Made by a program: the position numbers and the translations under genes. The notes below the pieces were generated by a model. It searched no databases, was not told the origin of the DNA, and worked only from the letters and a program-made list of their open reading frames with translations. From Mayamaea pseudoterrestris (Eukaryota), in contig BROI01000016.1 of assembly GCA_027923505.1 (NCBI GenBank), positions 62,001-126,000 of the forward strand: a DNA stretch of 64,000 bases. The letters are read 5' to 3'. Position 1 is the stretch's first letter, and every line of letters begins with the position of its first letter. Positions 12,095 to 25,950 of this stretch are shown here, piece after piece.

Positions 12095-14470
12095 ATGGTG
12101 CACCCAGCAACAAGAATGGCGCCTTTATATCAAGTTGCCATTGCCTTGCTGTTGTCTGGCTGTCATGCGTTTCAAGTTAGTGCTCCCACTATATTAAGGA
12201 CACCGCTTTTTTCGCACAGAACGTCAACAAGCCTCTTGTCATCGGCAACGTCATCACCTCCAACATTGCCATCACAAACGCAACATTCCGATGACGCCCG
12301 CGGAGCTGCCCTTTGGCTTGACGACGTCTCCGTCTACAGAGGTCCAAATCCGGTGCTGCGAGGGGTCGATTGGAGGATTGAACCAGGCCAAAAGTGGGCG
12401 ATTGTCGGCGCCAATGGCGCTGGAAAAAGCACCTTGCTGCAAGCCATTGTTGGACAAATTGGAGTTGCTCAAGGTCGCGTCTTTATGTCGCCACAATTTC
12501 AAAAGGGAATCGGCTACTTGCAGCAAACTGCCGTCGCAGGTAGCAACCGCACTGTGTACGAGGAAGCAGCGTCTGGCATGCATGCGCTGGCGCAGGCGAA
12601 GCAAGACATGGAGACTGCTTTGCTGCAGGCAAACATGGAAGCATATGATACCGCCTTGACCAAGTTTGAAGCACTTGATGGTTATCAGCAAGATAAAAAG
12701 ATTGCTAACATACTTAGTGGTCTAGGATTCGCTGATCCGTTTGACATTCGTTGCGACGAATTGTCGGGAGGCTGGCAGATGCGCGTCGCCTTGGCCAAAC
12801 TGTTGTTGAGTGAACCAACACTATGCATTCTCGACGAGCCATCGAACCATTTGGACGAATCAGCAAAGAGGTTTCTCGCGAAATACTTGCGTGACTATAC
12901 GGGTCAAGGATCCATGATCTTGGTGACGCATGATGTACAGCTTTTGCAAACCATGTCAAACATTGCTGAGCTCATTCCGGGAGCTCCAACGAAGAGCTTG
13001 CAAATATACAAATCTTGCAACTACGACCAGTATTTGAACCTTAAGGAACAGCGTGCCGCTGCTGCAATTAGCGAGTATGAAAGAAATTTGGAAATCGCCG
13101 CCAAGCTGCAAGCGTTCGTCGACAAGTGGGGCGCATCGGCGACAAAGGCCACGGCGGCGCAGTCACGACAAAAGCAGCTCGACAAGATGCGCAAGGATGG
13201 CTTGCTGGACGATCCGGCCATGGCTATTGTCGCCAAGCGATTTAAACCAACCGTTGTTTTGCCAAAACCACCGAAAGCAATGGGCAATGTGTTGCTTTCG
13301 TTGGAGAAGGCACTGGTGGGTCACGATGCCAGCAAGCCATTGGTATCGAACGTTAATTTGAAATTGACACAAGGCATGAAACTACTTATTCGCGGACCCA
13401 ACGGTTCTGGGAAAAGCACAACTCTGCATTCTCTACGAGGTTCCATTCCATTACTGGAGGGCGAACGCAAAGAGAATCCCAACTTGTACTTGGGCATGTT
13501 TACACAAGACTTGCCGCAGGAACTGGATGTGAACGCCCGCGCGGTAGACTTGGTCACGGCACACGCAAGAACCGGTCTGGGCGGTGACATTACCATATCT
13601 GACGAAAAAGCTCGCAGCGCAATGGGACGGCTGGGCCTGACGGGTGAAAAGCCGCTCCGGCGTATCAAGGACTTGTCGGGCGGTGAAAAAGCACGTGTGG
13701 CTTTGGCAATGTTTACGCTAAAGCCGTGCAATCTGTACCTCTTTGATGAGGTTTCGGTAGGTTGATGGGGATGTTTGTATTCCGACTGGTGGCCTATTAA
13801 TTTTGCTAAAACGTCCCTTTCCTTCTTTCGTACAGAACCATTTGGACCATGAATGGTAAAATTCCTGCCTGTGGCCCCTGCCTTTCTGTCCAGATAGCGT
13901 CTTTCGCCATTGTCCTTACTAACTATTAACTTCAACCTTCATTCTCACAGTGTGGAAGCTTTGGGAGACGCATTACGTCACTGGGGCGACGACTTTGGCG
14001 CCATTGTTGTTGTTTCGCACGACGAAGCATTTTGCTCACAGCTCGAGTTTACCCACGTGGCAACAGTGGCCGACGGCAAGCTGGTGTTGGAGCAGCGAGA
14101 TGCATGCGCCAGTGACTGGCTGGTTGGGGGCATGGCGGCACCGAAACATGCTGCTGATGCATTGATGTCTAGCGAGCCGGCAAACGGGCAACCAGTTGCT
14201 ACTCCATCAGCACCAGCACCGAAGGTAGTCACTGATCCAGATATTCGGAAAAAGCTTTTCAATGCCCCAAAGCGCATAAAGAAGATTGAACAGCAAGTTG
14301 CCAAGCTTGAGCAAGAGGTGAACACCGCTGACGAATCAATGTTATCTCACGGCAATGATTTGGTCGAGCTGAATGCACTTCAGAAGCAAAAGGATGTTAC
14401 CAGTAGAAAAATTGATGCCCTCATGCAGGAGTGGGACGAGCTAGAGTCACTCTTGGCAGAGTACAGCTAG
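12095..14470 (+). CDS. ABC-F family ATPase, predicted plastid-targeted; exons 12095-13756, 13836-13855, 13951-14470
   Basis: Two ABC domains (GANGAGKST/LSGGW/LDEPSNHLD and GPNGSGKST/LSGGE), no TM domain, C-terminal coiled coil. Signal peptide ends ..GCHA-F. Splicing restores FDEVS|NHLDHEC|VEAL. Confidence 0.9.
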
Positions 14471-14659
14471 CAATGCTTTAATGTTTACACTTGTAACTTG
14501 CTCTCGCCCAGTACGTCAAACTCAATGAGTCTACTACAGGCAACGTGTGGATGCCGCTGCATAATGTTTTCCATAACGGTCATTATGAAGGGCGACCAAA
14601 TAATTTTTACTGCTTAGCATTAATAACAAATAGCTATCTTACGTTCACAGACTACTGTT

Positions 14660-15871
14660 CTATGATTTGTTGAACAAGTTTTTAAGCTTGTCAATGTCCG
14701 CACTGCTCGCCTTGTTGTAGCCTGCATCGGGTGCGCCTCCTCGTCCGCCTTCGCCTCCTGACGGGCCGCGCGGAGATGGTCGCTTGGGTCGTCCACCTCG
14801 CGGTGGCGGCGGTGGTTCGTCCTCGTCGTCATCATCATCATCGTCGTCCGTCTTGGTTTCATTCTTGAGCCCCTTCAACTCATCCTCTAAATCAGCATCG
14901 TTTGCTGTTGACGTCACATTGAAATACTCGGCTCGCTGCGCTTCCATGATTTCCAATCCCTTCTTGACATACTTTTCCTCTCTACGTCGACGGAAGAACT
15001 CGCGCGTCCACAAAAAGCCAAAGGTTGGAATGAATAAGGCAGTAGCAATTTTTGCCGTCAAGACTCGCTGAGCCTGCTCGTTGGGCGTATTGTCAATGCC
15101 GGCAAACTGCGTGCGCGTATTTTTGTATGGACTAGCTCCCTTCGATTGTGATGCAGCCTGAGATGAAGGCGGAAGAATGTCACTTTCATCCATGAAATCT
15201 TCATCGTCTTCTTCATCAAGGTCGTCGTCATCCATGCCGGCATACAAACTATTCTTCTTCTTGGCTTGCTTTCCTTTGCGTCCAAATAGTGAAGAAGCCT
15301 TTTGCTTCGCCGAAGAAACCTTCGAATCCGATTCAGTCGTCGTCGTTGTCAAGCTGCTCCTGGTAGCCAATTGTTCCTGCAGTTCCTCAGCGTCAACGTC
15401 ACCCGTACTCAACTTTTGCGCCTGCTCCTGGTTCATGCCGGGCCGAATGCTGTACACCTTTTCGGTAATGTGCGAATTGCTCACGGGCGGAGCCGCAGCA
15501 GTCGATGATGATGCTATGGCGGGCTGACCAAGAAAGAAGGAAACGACGAGTGCCATGGAAGCAAAGAAACGCCATAGTTGCTGGAATTTAAACATTCGAA
15601 GGGAGCGAAGAAGGCGCTTTAATTTGCTGTGTTTAACATTGCTACTTTCACTGATTGCTGAAAATAGACGAGAAACTTTTTCATTGTCAATCCGTGCAGG
15701 CCAAATAAGGTGGTGCCTGTTGAAGCTGACACGTGGATTGCAATCACTTCGCCGCTGCTGCAACGAAACGCTCGAGTATTGTAGAGGCTGCAGCTGCTGA
15801 AAGCCATAGCATTTCAAGATCAAGCAACTTGATAGCAAGCATAAGCTTTGTAGCAGACTTGATCTCCTCAT
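14660..15871 (-). CDS. Hypothetical membrane protein, predicted plastid-targeted
   Basis: Signal peptide ..LKCYG-F, two hydrophobic segments, acidic and Pro/Gly-rich tail. Single long ORF. Confidence 0.7.
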   Translation of the reverse strand: MRRSSLLQSLCLLSSCLILKCYGFQQLQPLQYSSVSLQQRRSDCNPRVSFNRHHLIWPARIDNEKVSRLFSAISESSNVKHSKLKRLLRSLRMFKFQQLWRFFASMALVVSFFLGQPAIASSSTAAAPPVSNSHITEKVYSIRPGMNQEQAQKLSTGDVDAEELQEQLATRSSLTTTTTESDSKVSSAKQKASSLFGRKGKQAKKKNSLYAGMDDDDLDEEDDEDFMDESDILPPSSQAASQSKGASPYKNTRTQFAGIDNTPNEQAQRVLTAKIATALFIPTFGFLWTREFFRRRREEKYVKKGLEIMEAQRAEYFNVTSTANDADLEDELKGLKNETKTDDDDDDDDEDEPPPPPRGGRPKRPSPRGPSGGEGGRGGAPDAGYNKASSADIDKLKNLFNKS

Positions 15872-16329
15872 TGCTCTGTAGTTTGGTTGCAATGGTGCAG
15901 TAGATGGCATTGATTAATTTATATCCTTGGCAAGATATGTCGCCGCGTTCAGTCGAATCTACCGTAGGCGAGCGAACCAAAATTTTCAATCCTGTAGCTA
16001 CCGTAGAGATGATTCAAATCAATTATCGCAGCGTATAAAAGGGTCCTTCTTCGAGACGCCGTTCGAATGTCGATCGAGCGCGCATGGTCGATCGGATCCG
16101 TCCTCATCCGAGCGACAGACAGACACATCGTACCGGTAATGGCGGGCTCGCGACAATGTCTGCTGTCCTGTCCTCCCATACCGTAGCTGCTTGGAATCCG
16201 CTATGGATGATTTTTTTGCACCAATCTCACCGCAAGCATGTCCCCATGCATAGCCAAACAGGATTGATGGAACAAGACTACAATTGGGGGTAGATTTGGC
16301 AGGCCATGCACGGAAGGCCATGCACTGTA

Positions 16330-19300
16330 GCACCATGTAGCTGGTTCCAGTGTGAAATGCCCCTATAACATGCCATGTATACACCCAAATCACACCAGAA
16401 TAATGCCAACATCATTATTCAGTGTGCGCTACAAGTTGGCATGCCTGGCTGGTGTATCAGTAGACAGCAATGTGACTAGTGAGAACTTCTCACCAGTCTC
16501 AGCCCGCAGATGTTGTGACATTCAATTGCCCCTATAACATGCTCTGTATACGCTCAAATCACACCAGAATGGTGCCAGCATCATTATGCAGTCTGCGCTA
16601 CAAAAAAAATTGCCTGGCTGGTGTCTCAGTAGACTGCAATGTGATTGGTGACAAGTTGTCTCCAGTCTCAGCCTGCAGATGCCATGACATTCAATTGCCC
16701 CTATAACATGCCCTGTATAAGTCTAATCACACCAAAAATGGTGCCAACATCATTATTCAGTGTGCGCTACAAGTTGGCATGCCTGGCTGGTGTATCAATA
16801 GACTGCAATGTGACTAATGAGAACTTCTCACCAGTCTTAGCCCGCAGATGCTGTGACATTCAATTGCCCCTATAACATGCTCTGTATACGCTCAAATCAC
16901 ACCAGAATAGTGCCAGCATCATTATGCAGTCTGCGCTACAAAACAACATGCCTGGCTGGTGTCTCAGTAGACTGCTATGTGATTGGTGACAAGTTGTCAC
17001 CAGTCTCAGCCTGTAGATGCCATGACATTCAATTGCCCCTAAAACATGCCCTGTATAAGTATAAATCACACCAAAATGGTGCCAACATCATTATTCAGTC
17101 CGCGCTAAAAGATGGCATGCCTGGCTGGTGTCTTGGTAGACTGCAATGCATTTGGTTACAACTTGTCAACAGTCTCAGCCCGCAGGTGCTGTGACATTTA
17201 AACGCACCTACAGCAAGCCCTGTAGGTGCCCAAATTACACCAGAATGGTGCCAACATCATTATTCATTCTGAGCTACAAGATGGTAGGCTTGGCTGGTGT
17301 CTCAGGGGATGGCAATGTATTTGGTGACAACTTGTCACCAGTCTCAGCCCGCAGATGCCGTGACATTCAAACACCCCTACAGCAAGCCCTGTAGGTGCCC
17401 AAAATATACCAGAATGGTGCCAACATCATTATTCAGGCTGCGCTACAAGATGGTAGGCTTGGCTGGTGTCTCAGGGGATGGCAATGTATTTGGTGACAAC
17501 TTGTCACCAGTCTCAGCCTGCAGATGCCGTGACATTCAAACGCCCCTACAGCAAGCCCTGTAGGTGCCCAAAATACACCAGAATGGTGCCAACATCATTA
17601 TTTAGGCTGAACTACAAGATGGTAGGCTTGGCTGGTGTCTCAGGGGATGGCAATGTATTTGGTGACAACTTGTCACCAGTCTCAGCCCGCAGATGCCATG
17701 ACATTCAAACGCCCCTACAGCAAGCCCTGTAGGTGCCCAAAATACACCAGAATGGTGCCAACATCATTATTCAGGCTACGCTACAAGATGGTAGGCTTGG
17801 CTGGTGTCTCAGGGGATGGCAATGTATTTGGTGACAACTTGTCACCAGTCTCAGCCCGCAGATGCCATTACATTCAAACGCCCCTACAGCAAGCCCTGTA
17901 GGTGCCCAAAATACACCAGAATGGAGCCAACATCATTTTTCAGGCTGAACTACAAGATGGTAGGCTTGGCTGGTGTCTCAGGGGATGGCAATGTATTTGG
18001 TGACAACTTGTCACCAGTCTCAGCCCGCAGATGCCGTGACATTCAAACGCCCCTACAGCAAGCCCTGTAGGTGCCCAAAATACACCAGAATGGTGCCAAC
18101 ATCATAATTCAGGCTGCGCTACAAGATGGTAGGCTTGGCTGATGTCTCAGGGGATGGCAATGTATTTGGTGACAACTTGTCACCAGTCTCAGCCTGCAGA
18201 TGCCGTGACATTCAAACGCCCCTACAGCAAGCCCTGTAGGTGCCCAAAAACACCAGAATGGTGCCAACATCATTATTTAAGCTGCGGTACAAGATGGTAG
18301 GCTTGGCTGGTGTCTCAGGGGATGGCAATGTATTTGGTGACAACTTGTCACCAGTCTCAGCCGCAGATGCTGTGACATTCAAACGCCCCTACAGCAAGCC
18401 CTGTAGGTGCCCAAAATACACCAGAATGGTGCCAACATCATTATTCAGGCTGCGCTACAAGATGGTAGGCTTGGCTGGTGTCTCAGGGGATGTCAATGTA
18501 TTTGGTGACAACTTGTCACCAGTCTCAGCCCGCAGATGCCGGGACATTCAAACGCCCATACAGCAAGCCCTGTAGGTGCCCAAAATACACCAGAACGGTG
18601 CCAACATCATTATTCAGGCTGCGCTACAAGATGGTAGGCTTGGCTGATGTCTCAGGGGATGGCAATGTATTTGGTGACAACTTGTCACCAGTCTCAGCCT
18701 GCAGATGCCGTGACATTCAAACGCCCCTACAGCAAGCCCTGTAGGTGCCCAAATACACCAGAATGGTGCCAACATCATTATTCAGGCTGCGGTACAAGAT
18801 GGTAGGCTTGGCTGGTGTCTCAGGGGATGGCAATGTATTTGGTGACAACTTGTCACCAGTCTCAGCCCGCAGATGCCGTGACATTCAAACGCCCCTACAG
18901 CAAGCCCTGTAGGTGCCCAAAATACACCAGAATGGTGCCAACATCATTATTCAGGCTGCGCTACAAGATGGTAGGCTTGGCTGGTGTCACAGGGGATGGC
19001 AATGTATTTGGTGACAACTTGTCACCAGTCTCAGCCCGCAGATGCCGGGACATTCAAACGCCCCTACAGCAAGCCCTGTAGGTGCCCAAAATACACCAGA
19101 ATGGAGCCCACATCAGTATTCATGCTGCGCTACAAGATGGTAGGCTTGGCTGGTGTCTCAGGGGATGGCAATGTAATTGGTGACAACTTGTCACCAGTCT
19201 CAGCCCGCAGATGCCGTGACATTCAAACGCCCCTACAGCAAGCCCTGTAGGTGCCCAAAATACACCAGAATGGTGCCAACATCATAATTCAGGCTACGCT

Positions 19301-22300
19301 ACAAGATGGTAGGCTTGGCTGGTGTCTCAGGGGATGGCAATGTCTTTGGTGACAACTTGTCACCAGTCTCAGCCCGCAGATGCCGGGACATTCAAACGCC
19401 CATACAGCAAGCCCTGTAGGTGCCCAAAATACACCAGAATGGTGCCAACATCATTATTCAGGCTGCGCTACAAGATGGTAGGCTTGGCTGGTGTCTCAGG
19501 GGATGGAAATGTATTTGGTGACAACTTGTCACCAGTCTCAGCCCGCAGATGCCGGGACATTCAAACACCCCTACAGCAAGCCCTGTAGGTGCCCGAAATA
19601 CACCAGAATGGTGCCAACATCATTATTCAGGCTGCGCTACAAGATGGTAGGCTTGGCTGGTGTCTCTGGGGATGGCAATGTATTTGGTGACAACTTGTCA
19701 CCAGTCTCAGCCCGCAGATGCCGGGACATTCAAACGCCCCTACAGCAAGCCCTGTAGGTGCCCAAAATACACCAGAATGGTGCCAACATCATTATTCAGG
19801 CTGCGCTACAAGATGGTAGGCTTGGCTGGTGTCTCAGGGATGGCAATGTATTTGGTGACAACTTGTCACCAGTCTCAGCCCGCAGATGCCGTGACATTCA
19901 AACGCCCCTACAGCAAGCCCTGTAGGTGCCCAAAATACACCAGAATGGTGCCAACATCATTATTCAGGCTGCACTACAAGATGGTAGGCTTGGCTGGTGT
20001 CTCAGGGGATGGCAATGTATTTGGTGACAACCTGTCACCAGTCTCAGCCCGCAGATGCCGTGACATTCAAACGCCCCTACAGCAAGCCCTGTAGGTGCCC
20101 AAAATACACCAGAATGGTGCCCACATCATTATTCAGGCTGCGCTACAAGATGGTAGGCTTGGCTGGTGTCTCAGGGGATGGCAATGTATTTGGTGACAAC
20201 TTGTCACCAGTCTCAGCCCGCAGATGCCGGGACATTCAAAAGCCCTACAGCAAGCCCTGTAGGTGCCCAAAATACACCAGAATGGTGCCAACATCATTAT
20301 TCAGGCTGAACTACAAGATGGTAGGCTTGGCTGGTGTCTCAGGGGATGGCAATGTATTTGGTGACAACTTGTCACCAGTCTCAGCCGCAGATGCCGGGAC
20401 ATTCAAACACCCCTACAGCAAGCCCTGTAGGTGCCCGAAATACACCAGAATGGTGCCAACATCATTATTCAGGCTGCGCTACAAGATGGTAGGCTTGGCT
20501 GGTGTCTCTGGGGATGGCAATGTATTTGGTGACAACTTGTCACCAGTCTCAGCCCGCAGATGCCGTGACATTCAAAAGCCCTACAGCAAGCCCTGTAGGT
20601 GCCCAAAATACACCAGAATGGTGCCAACATCATTATTCAGGCTGAACTACAAGATGGTAGGCTTGGCTGGTGTCTCAGGGGATGGCAATGTATTTGGTGA
20701 CAACTTGTCACCAGTCTCAGCCCGCAGATGCCGGGACATTCAAACGCCCCTACGGCAAGCCCTGTAGGTGCCCAAAATACACCAGAATGGTGCCAACATC
20801 ATTATTCAGGCTGCGCTACAAGATGGTAGGCTTGGCTGGTGTCTCTGGGGATGGCAATGTATTTGGTGACAACTTGTCACCAGTCTCAGCCCGCAGATGC
20901 CGGGACATTCAAACACCCCTACAGCAAGCCCTGTAGGTGCCCAAAATACACCAGAATGGTGCCAACATCATTATTCAGGCTGAACTACAAGATGGTAGGC
21001 TTGGCTGGTGTCTCTGGGGATGGCAATGTATTTGGTGACAACTTGTCACCAGTCTCAGCCCGCAGATGCCGTGACATTCAAACGCCCCTACAGCAAGCCC
21101 TGTAGGTGCCCAAAATACACCAGAATGGTGCCAACATCATTATTCAGGCTGCGCTACAAGATGGTAGGCTTGGCTGGTGTCTCAGGTGATGGCAATGTAT
21201 TTGGTGACAACTTGTCACCAGTCTCAGCCTGCAGATGCCGGGACATTCAAACGCCCCATACGGCAAGCCCTGTAGGTGCCCGAAATACACCAGAATGGTG
21301 CCAACATCATTATTCAGGCTGCGCTACAAGATGGAAGGCTTGGCTGGTGTCTCAGGGGATGGCAATGTCTTTGGTGACAACCTGTCACCAGTCTCAGCCC
21401 GCAGATGCCGTGACAATCAAACGCCCCTACAGCAAGCCCTGTAGGTGCCCAAAATACACCAGAATGGAGCCCACATCAGTATTCATGCTGCGCTACAAGA
21501 TGGTAGGCTTGGCTGGTGTCTCAGGGGATGGCAATGTATTTGGTGACAACTTGTCACCAGTCTCAGCCCGCAGATGCCGTGACATTCAAACGCCCCTACA
21601 GCAAGCCCTGTAGGTGCCCAAAATACACCAGAATGGTGCCAACATCATTATTCAGGCTGAACTACAAGATGGTAGGCTTGGCTGGTGTCTCTGGGAATGG
21701 CAATGTATTTGGTGACAACTTGTCACCAGTCTCAGCCTGCAGATGCCGTGACATTCAAACTCCCCTACAGCAAGCCCTGTAGGTGCCCAAAATACACCAG
21801 AATGGTGCCAACATCATTACTCAGGCTGAACTACAAGATGGTAGGCTTGGCTGGTGTCTCAGGGGATGGCAATGTATTTGGTGACAACTTGTCACCAGTC
21901 TCAGCCCGCAGATGCCGGGACATTCAAACGCCCCTACGGCAAGCACTGTAGGTGCCCAAAATACACCAGAATGGTGCCAACATCATTATTCAGGCTGCGC
22001 TACAAGATGGAGCCCTGTAGGTGCCCAAAATACACCAGAATGGTGCCAACATCATTATTCAGGCTGCGCTACAAGATGGTTGGCTTGGCTGGTGTCTCAG
22101 GGGATGGCAATGTATTTGGTGACAACTTGTCACCAGTCCCAACCCGCAGATGCTGTGACATTCAAACGCCCCTACAGCAAGCCCTGTAGGTGCCCAAAAT
22201 ACACCAGAATAGTGCCAACATCATTATTCAGGCTGCACTACATATGGTAGGCTTGGCTGGTGTCTCAGGGGATGGAAATGTATTTGGTGACAACTTGTCA

Positions 22301-24130
22301 CCAGTCTCAGCCTGCAGATGCCGTGACATTCAAACGCCCCTACAGCAAGCCCTGTAGGTGCCCAAAATACACCAGAATGGTGCCAACATCATTATTCAGG
22401 CTGCGCTACAAGATGGTAGGCTTGGCTGGTGTCTCAGGGGATAGCAATGTATTTGGTGACAACTTGTCACCAGTCTCAGCCCGCAGATGCCGTGACATTC
22501 AAACGCCCCTACAGCAAGCCCTGTAGGTGCTCAAAATACACCAGAATGGTGCCAACATCATTATTCAGGCTGCGCTACAAGATGGTAGGCTTGGCTGGTG
22601 TTTCTAGTGATGGCAATGTATTTGGTGACAACTTGTCACCAGTCTCAGCCCGCAGATGTTGTGACATTCAAACACCCCTACAGCAAGCCCTGTAGGTGCC
22701 CAAAATACACCAGAATGGTGCCAACATCATTATTCAGGCTGCGCTACAAGATGGTAGGCTTGTCTGGTGTTTCAGGGGATGGCAATGTATTTGGTGACAA
22801 CTTGTCACCAGTCTCAGCCCGCAGATGCCGTGACATTCAAACGCCCCTACAGCAAGCCCTGTAGGTGCTCAAAATACACCAGAATGCTGCCAACATCATT
22901 ATTTAAGCTGAGCTACAAGATGGTAGGCTTGCTGGTGTCTCAGGGGATGGCAATGTATTTGGTGACAACTTGTCACCAGTCTCAGCCCGCAGATGCCATG
23001 ACATTCAAACGCCCCTACAGCAAGCCCTGTAGGTGCCCAAAATACACCAGAATGGTGCCAACATCATTATTCAGGCTGCGCTACAAGATGGTAGGCTTGG
23101 TTGGTGTCTCAGGGGATGGCAATGTATTTGGTGACAACTTGTCACCAGTCTCAGCCTGCAGATGCCAGGACATTCAAACGCCACTACAGCAAGCCCTGTA
23201 GGTGCCCAAAATACACCAGAATGGTGCCAACATCATTATTCAGGCTGCGCTACAAGATGGTAGGCTTGGCTGGTGTCTCAGGGGATGGCAATGTATTTGG
23301 TGACAACTTGTCACCAGTCCAGCCCGCTGAAGCCGGGACATTCAAACGCCCCTACAGCAAGCCCTGTAGGTGCCCAAAATACACCAGAATGGTGCCAACA
23401 TCATTATTCAGGCTGAGCTACAAGATGGTAGGCTTGGCTGGTGTCTCAGGGGATAGCAATGTATTTGGTGACAACTTGTCACCAGTCTCAGCCCGCAGAT
23501 GTTGTGACATTCAAACACCCCTACAGCAAGCCCTGTAGGTGCCCAAAATACACCAGAATGGTGCCAACATCATTATTCAGGCTGCGCTACAAGATGGTAG
23601 GCTTGTCTGGTGTCTCAGGGGATGGCAATGTATTTGGTGACAACTTGTCACCAGTCTCAGCCCGCAGATGCCGTGACATTCAAACGCCCCTACAGCAAGC
23701 CCTGTAGGTGCCCAAAATACACCAGAATGGTGCCAACATCATTATTTAAGCTGAGCTACAAGATGGTAGGCTTGGCTGGTGTCTCAGGGGATGGCAATGT
23801 ATTTGGTGACAACTTGTCACCAGTCTCAGCCCGCAGATGCCGTGACATTCAAACGCCCCTACAGCAAGCCCTGTAGGTGCCCAAAATACACCAGAATGGT
23901 GCCAACATCATTATTCAGGCTGCGCTACAAGATGGTAGGCTTGGTTGGTGTCTCAGGGGATGGCAATGTATTTGGTAACAACTTGTCACCAGTCTCAGCC
24001 CGCAGATGCCCAGACATTCAAAGGCCACTACAGCAAGCCCTGTAGGTGCCCAAAATACACCGCATTGGTGCCAACATCATTATTCAGGCTGCGCTACAAG
24101 ATGGTAGGCTTGGCTGGTGTCTCAGGGGAT
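16330..24130. repeat. Satellite A, 169-bp tandem array (~46 copies), left block
   Basis: Unit ...TTTGGTGACAACTTGTCACCAGTCTCAGCCCGCAGATGCCGTGACATTCAAACGCCCCTACAGCAAGCCCTGTAGGTGCCCAAAATACACCAGAATGGTGCC... recurs every 169 bp. The first ~5 copies are more diverged. Confidence 0.97.
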
Positions 24131-25950
24131 ATCTGACAGGGATGAATCTGCAACTTGTGGTGTTGGCCATACCCACAGTGGAGGCCGTACCCATGTTGTC
24201 AGCCTCCAGGCAGTCCTTTTTTGCACCATTTGAGACTATGCACCTGTCAATGGCATACCCTGGGCATGTTTTGCCTGACTCATTGGGTATTTGGGTGGCC
24301 AGGGCATGGGGCGTTTGACAGGGAAGAATCTGCAACTTGTGGTGTTGGCCATACCCACAGTGGAGGCCGTACCCATGGTGTCAGCCTCCAGGCAGTCCTT
24401 TTGCACCATTTGAGACTATGCACCTGTCAATGGCATACCCTGGACATGTTTTGCCTGACTCATTGGGTATTTGGGTGGCCAGGGCATGGGGCGTTTGACA
24501 GGGAAGAATCTGCAACTTGTGGTGTTGGCCATACCCACAGTGGAGGCCGTACCCATGTTGTCAGCCTCCAGGCAGTCCTTTTGCACCATTTGAGACTCTG
24601 CACCTGTCAATGGCATACCCTGGACATGTTTTGCCTGACTCATTGAGTATTTGGGTGGCCAGGGCATGGGGCGTTTGACAGGGAAGAATCTGCAACTTGT
24701 GGTGTTGGCCATACCCACAGTGGAGGCCGTACCCATGGTGTCAGCCTCCAGGCAGTCCTTTTTGCACCATTTGAGACTATGCACCTGTCAATGGCATACC
24801 CTGGACATGTTTTGCCTGACTCATTGGGTATTTGGGTGGCCAGGGCATGGGGCGTTTGACAGGGAAGAATCTGCAACTTGTGGTGTTGGCCATACCCACA
24901 GTGGAGGCCGTACCCATGGTGTCAGCCTCCAGGCAGTCCTTTTTGCACCATTTGAGACTCTGCACCTGTCAATGGCATACCCTGGACATGTTTTGCCTGA
25001 CTCATTGGGTATTTGGGTGGCCAGGGCATGGGGCGTTTGACAGGGAAGAATCTGCAACTTGTGGTGTTGGCCATACCCACAGTGGAGGCCGTACCCATGT
25101 TGTCAGCCTCCAGGCAGTCCTTTTTGCACCATTTGAGACTATGCACCTGTCAATGGCATACCCTGGACATGTTTTTGCCTGACTCATTGGGTATTTGGGT
25201 GGCCAGGGCATGGGGCGTTTGACAGGAAGAATCTGCAACTTGTGGTGTTGGCCATACCCACAGTGGAGGCCGTACCCATGTTGTCAGCCTCCAGGCAGTC
25301 CTTTTTGCACCATTTGAGACTATGCACCTGTCAATGGCATACCCTGGACATGTTTTGCCTGACTCATTGGGTATTTGGGTGGCCAGGGCATGGGGCGTTT
25401 GACAGGGAAGAATCTGCAACTTGTGGTGTTGGCCATACCCACAGTGGAGGCCGTACCCATGGTGTCAGCCTCCAGGCAGTCCTTTTTGCACCATTTGAGA
25501 CTCTGCACCTGTCAATGGCATACCCTGGACATGTTTTGCCTGACTCATTGGGTATTTGGGTGGCCAGGGCATGGGGCGTTTGACAGGGAAGAATCTGCAA
25601 CTTGTGGTGTTGGCCATACCCACAGTGGAGGCCGTACCCATGGTGTCAGCCTCCAGGCAGTCCTTTTTGCACCATTTGAGACTCTGCACCTGTCAATGGC
25701 ATACCCTGGACATGTTTTGCCTGACTCATTGGGTATTTGGGTGGCCAGGGCATGGGGCGTTTGACAGGTAAGAATCTGCAACTTGTGGTGTTGGCCATAC
25801 CCACAGTGGAGGCCGTACCCATGGTTTCAGCCTCCAGGCAGTCCTGTTTGCACTTTTTTAGACTCTGCACCTATCAATGGCTTTCCCTGCAATGTTTTGC
25901 CTGACTCATTGGGTATTTGGGTGGCCAGGGCATGGGGCATTTGACAGGTC
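24131..25950. repeat. Satellite B, 180-181-bp tandem array (~10 copies) inserted within satellite A
   Basis: TGACAGGGAAGAATCTGCAACTTGTGGTGTTGGCCATACCC... recurs at ~24317, 24497, 24677, 24858 and onward. Confidence 0.97.

Noticed and set aside
16140..16330. Terminal inverted repeat bounding the whole satellite island (CTGCTGTCCTG versus CAGGACAGCA in D)
   Set aside because: Only a 10-11-nt match, not at a defined end, and no TSD.
17280..17450. Spliced-leader or snRNA gene array (ATG|GTAGG donor-like site; TATTTGG Sm-like site before a hairpin)
   Set aside because: The motifs are too short to be significant, SL trans-splicing is not established in diatoms, and there is no transcript evidence.
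17300..25950. Retrozyme or hammerhead satellite
   Set aside because: I found no CUGANGA...GAAA core on either strand of the A or B consensus by eye. A covariance-model search would be needed to exclude other ribozymes.
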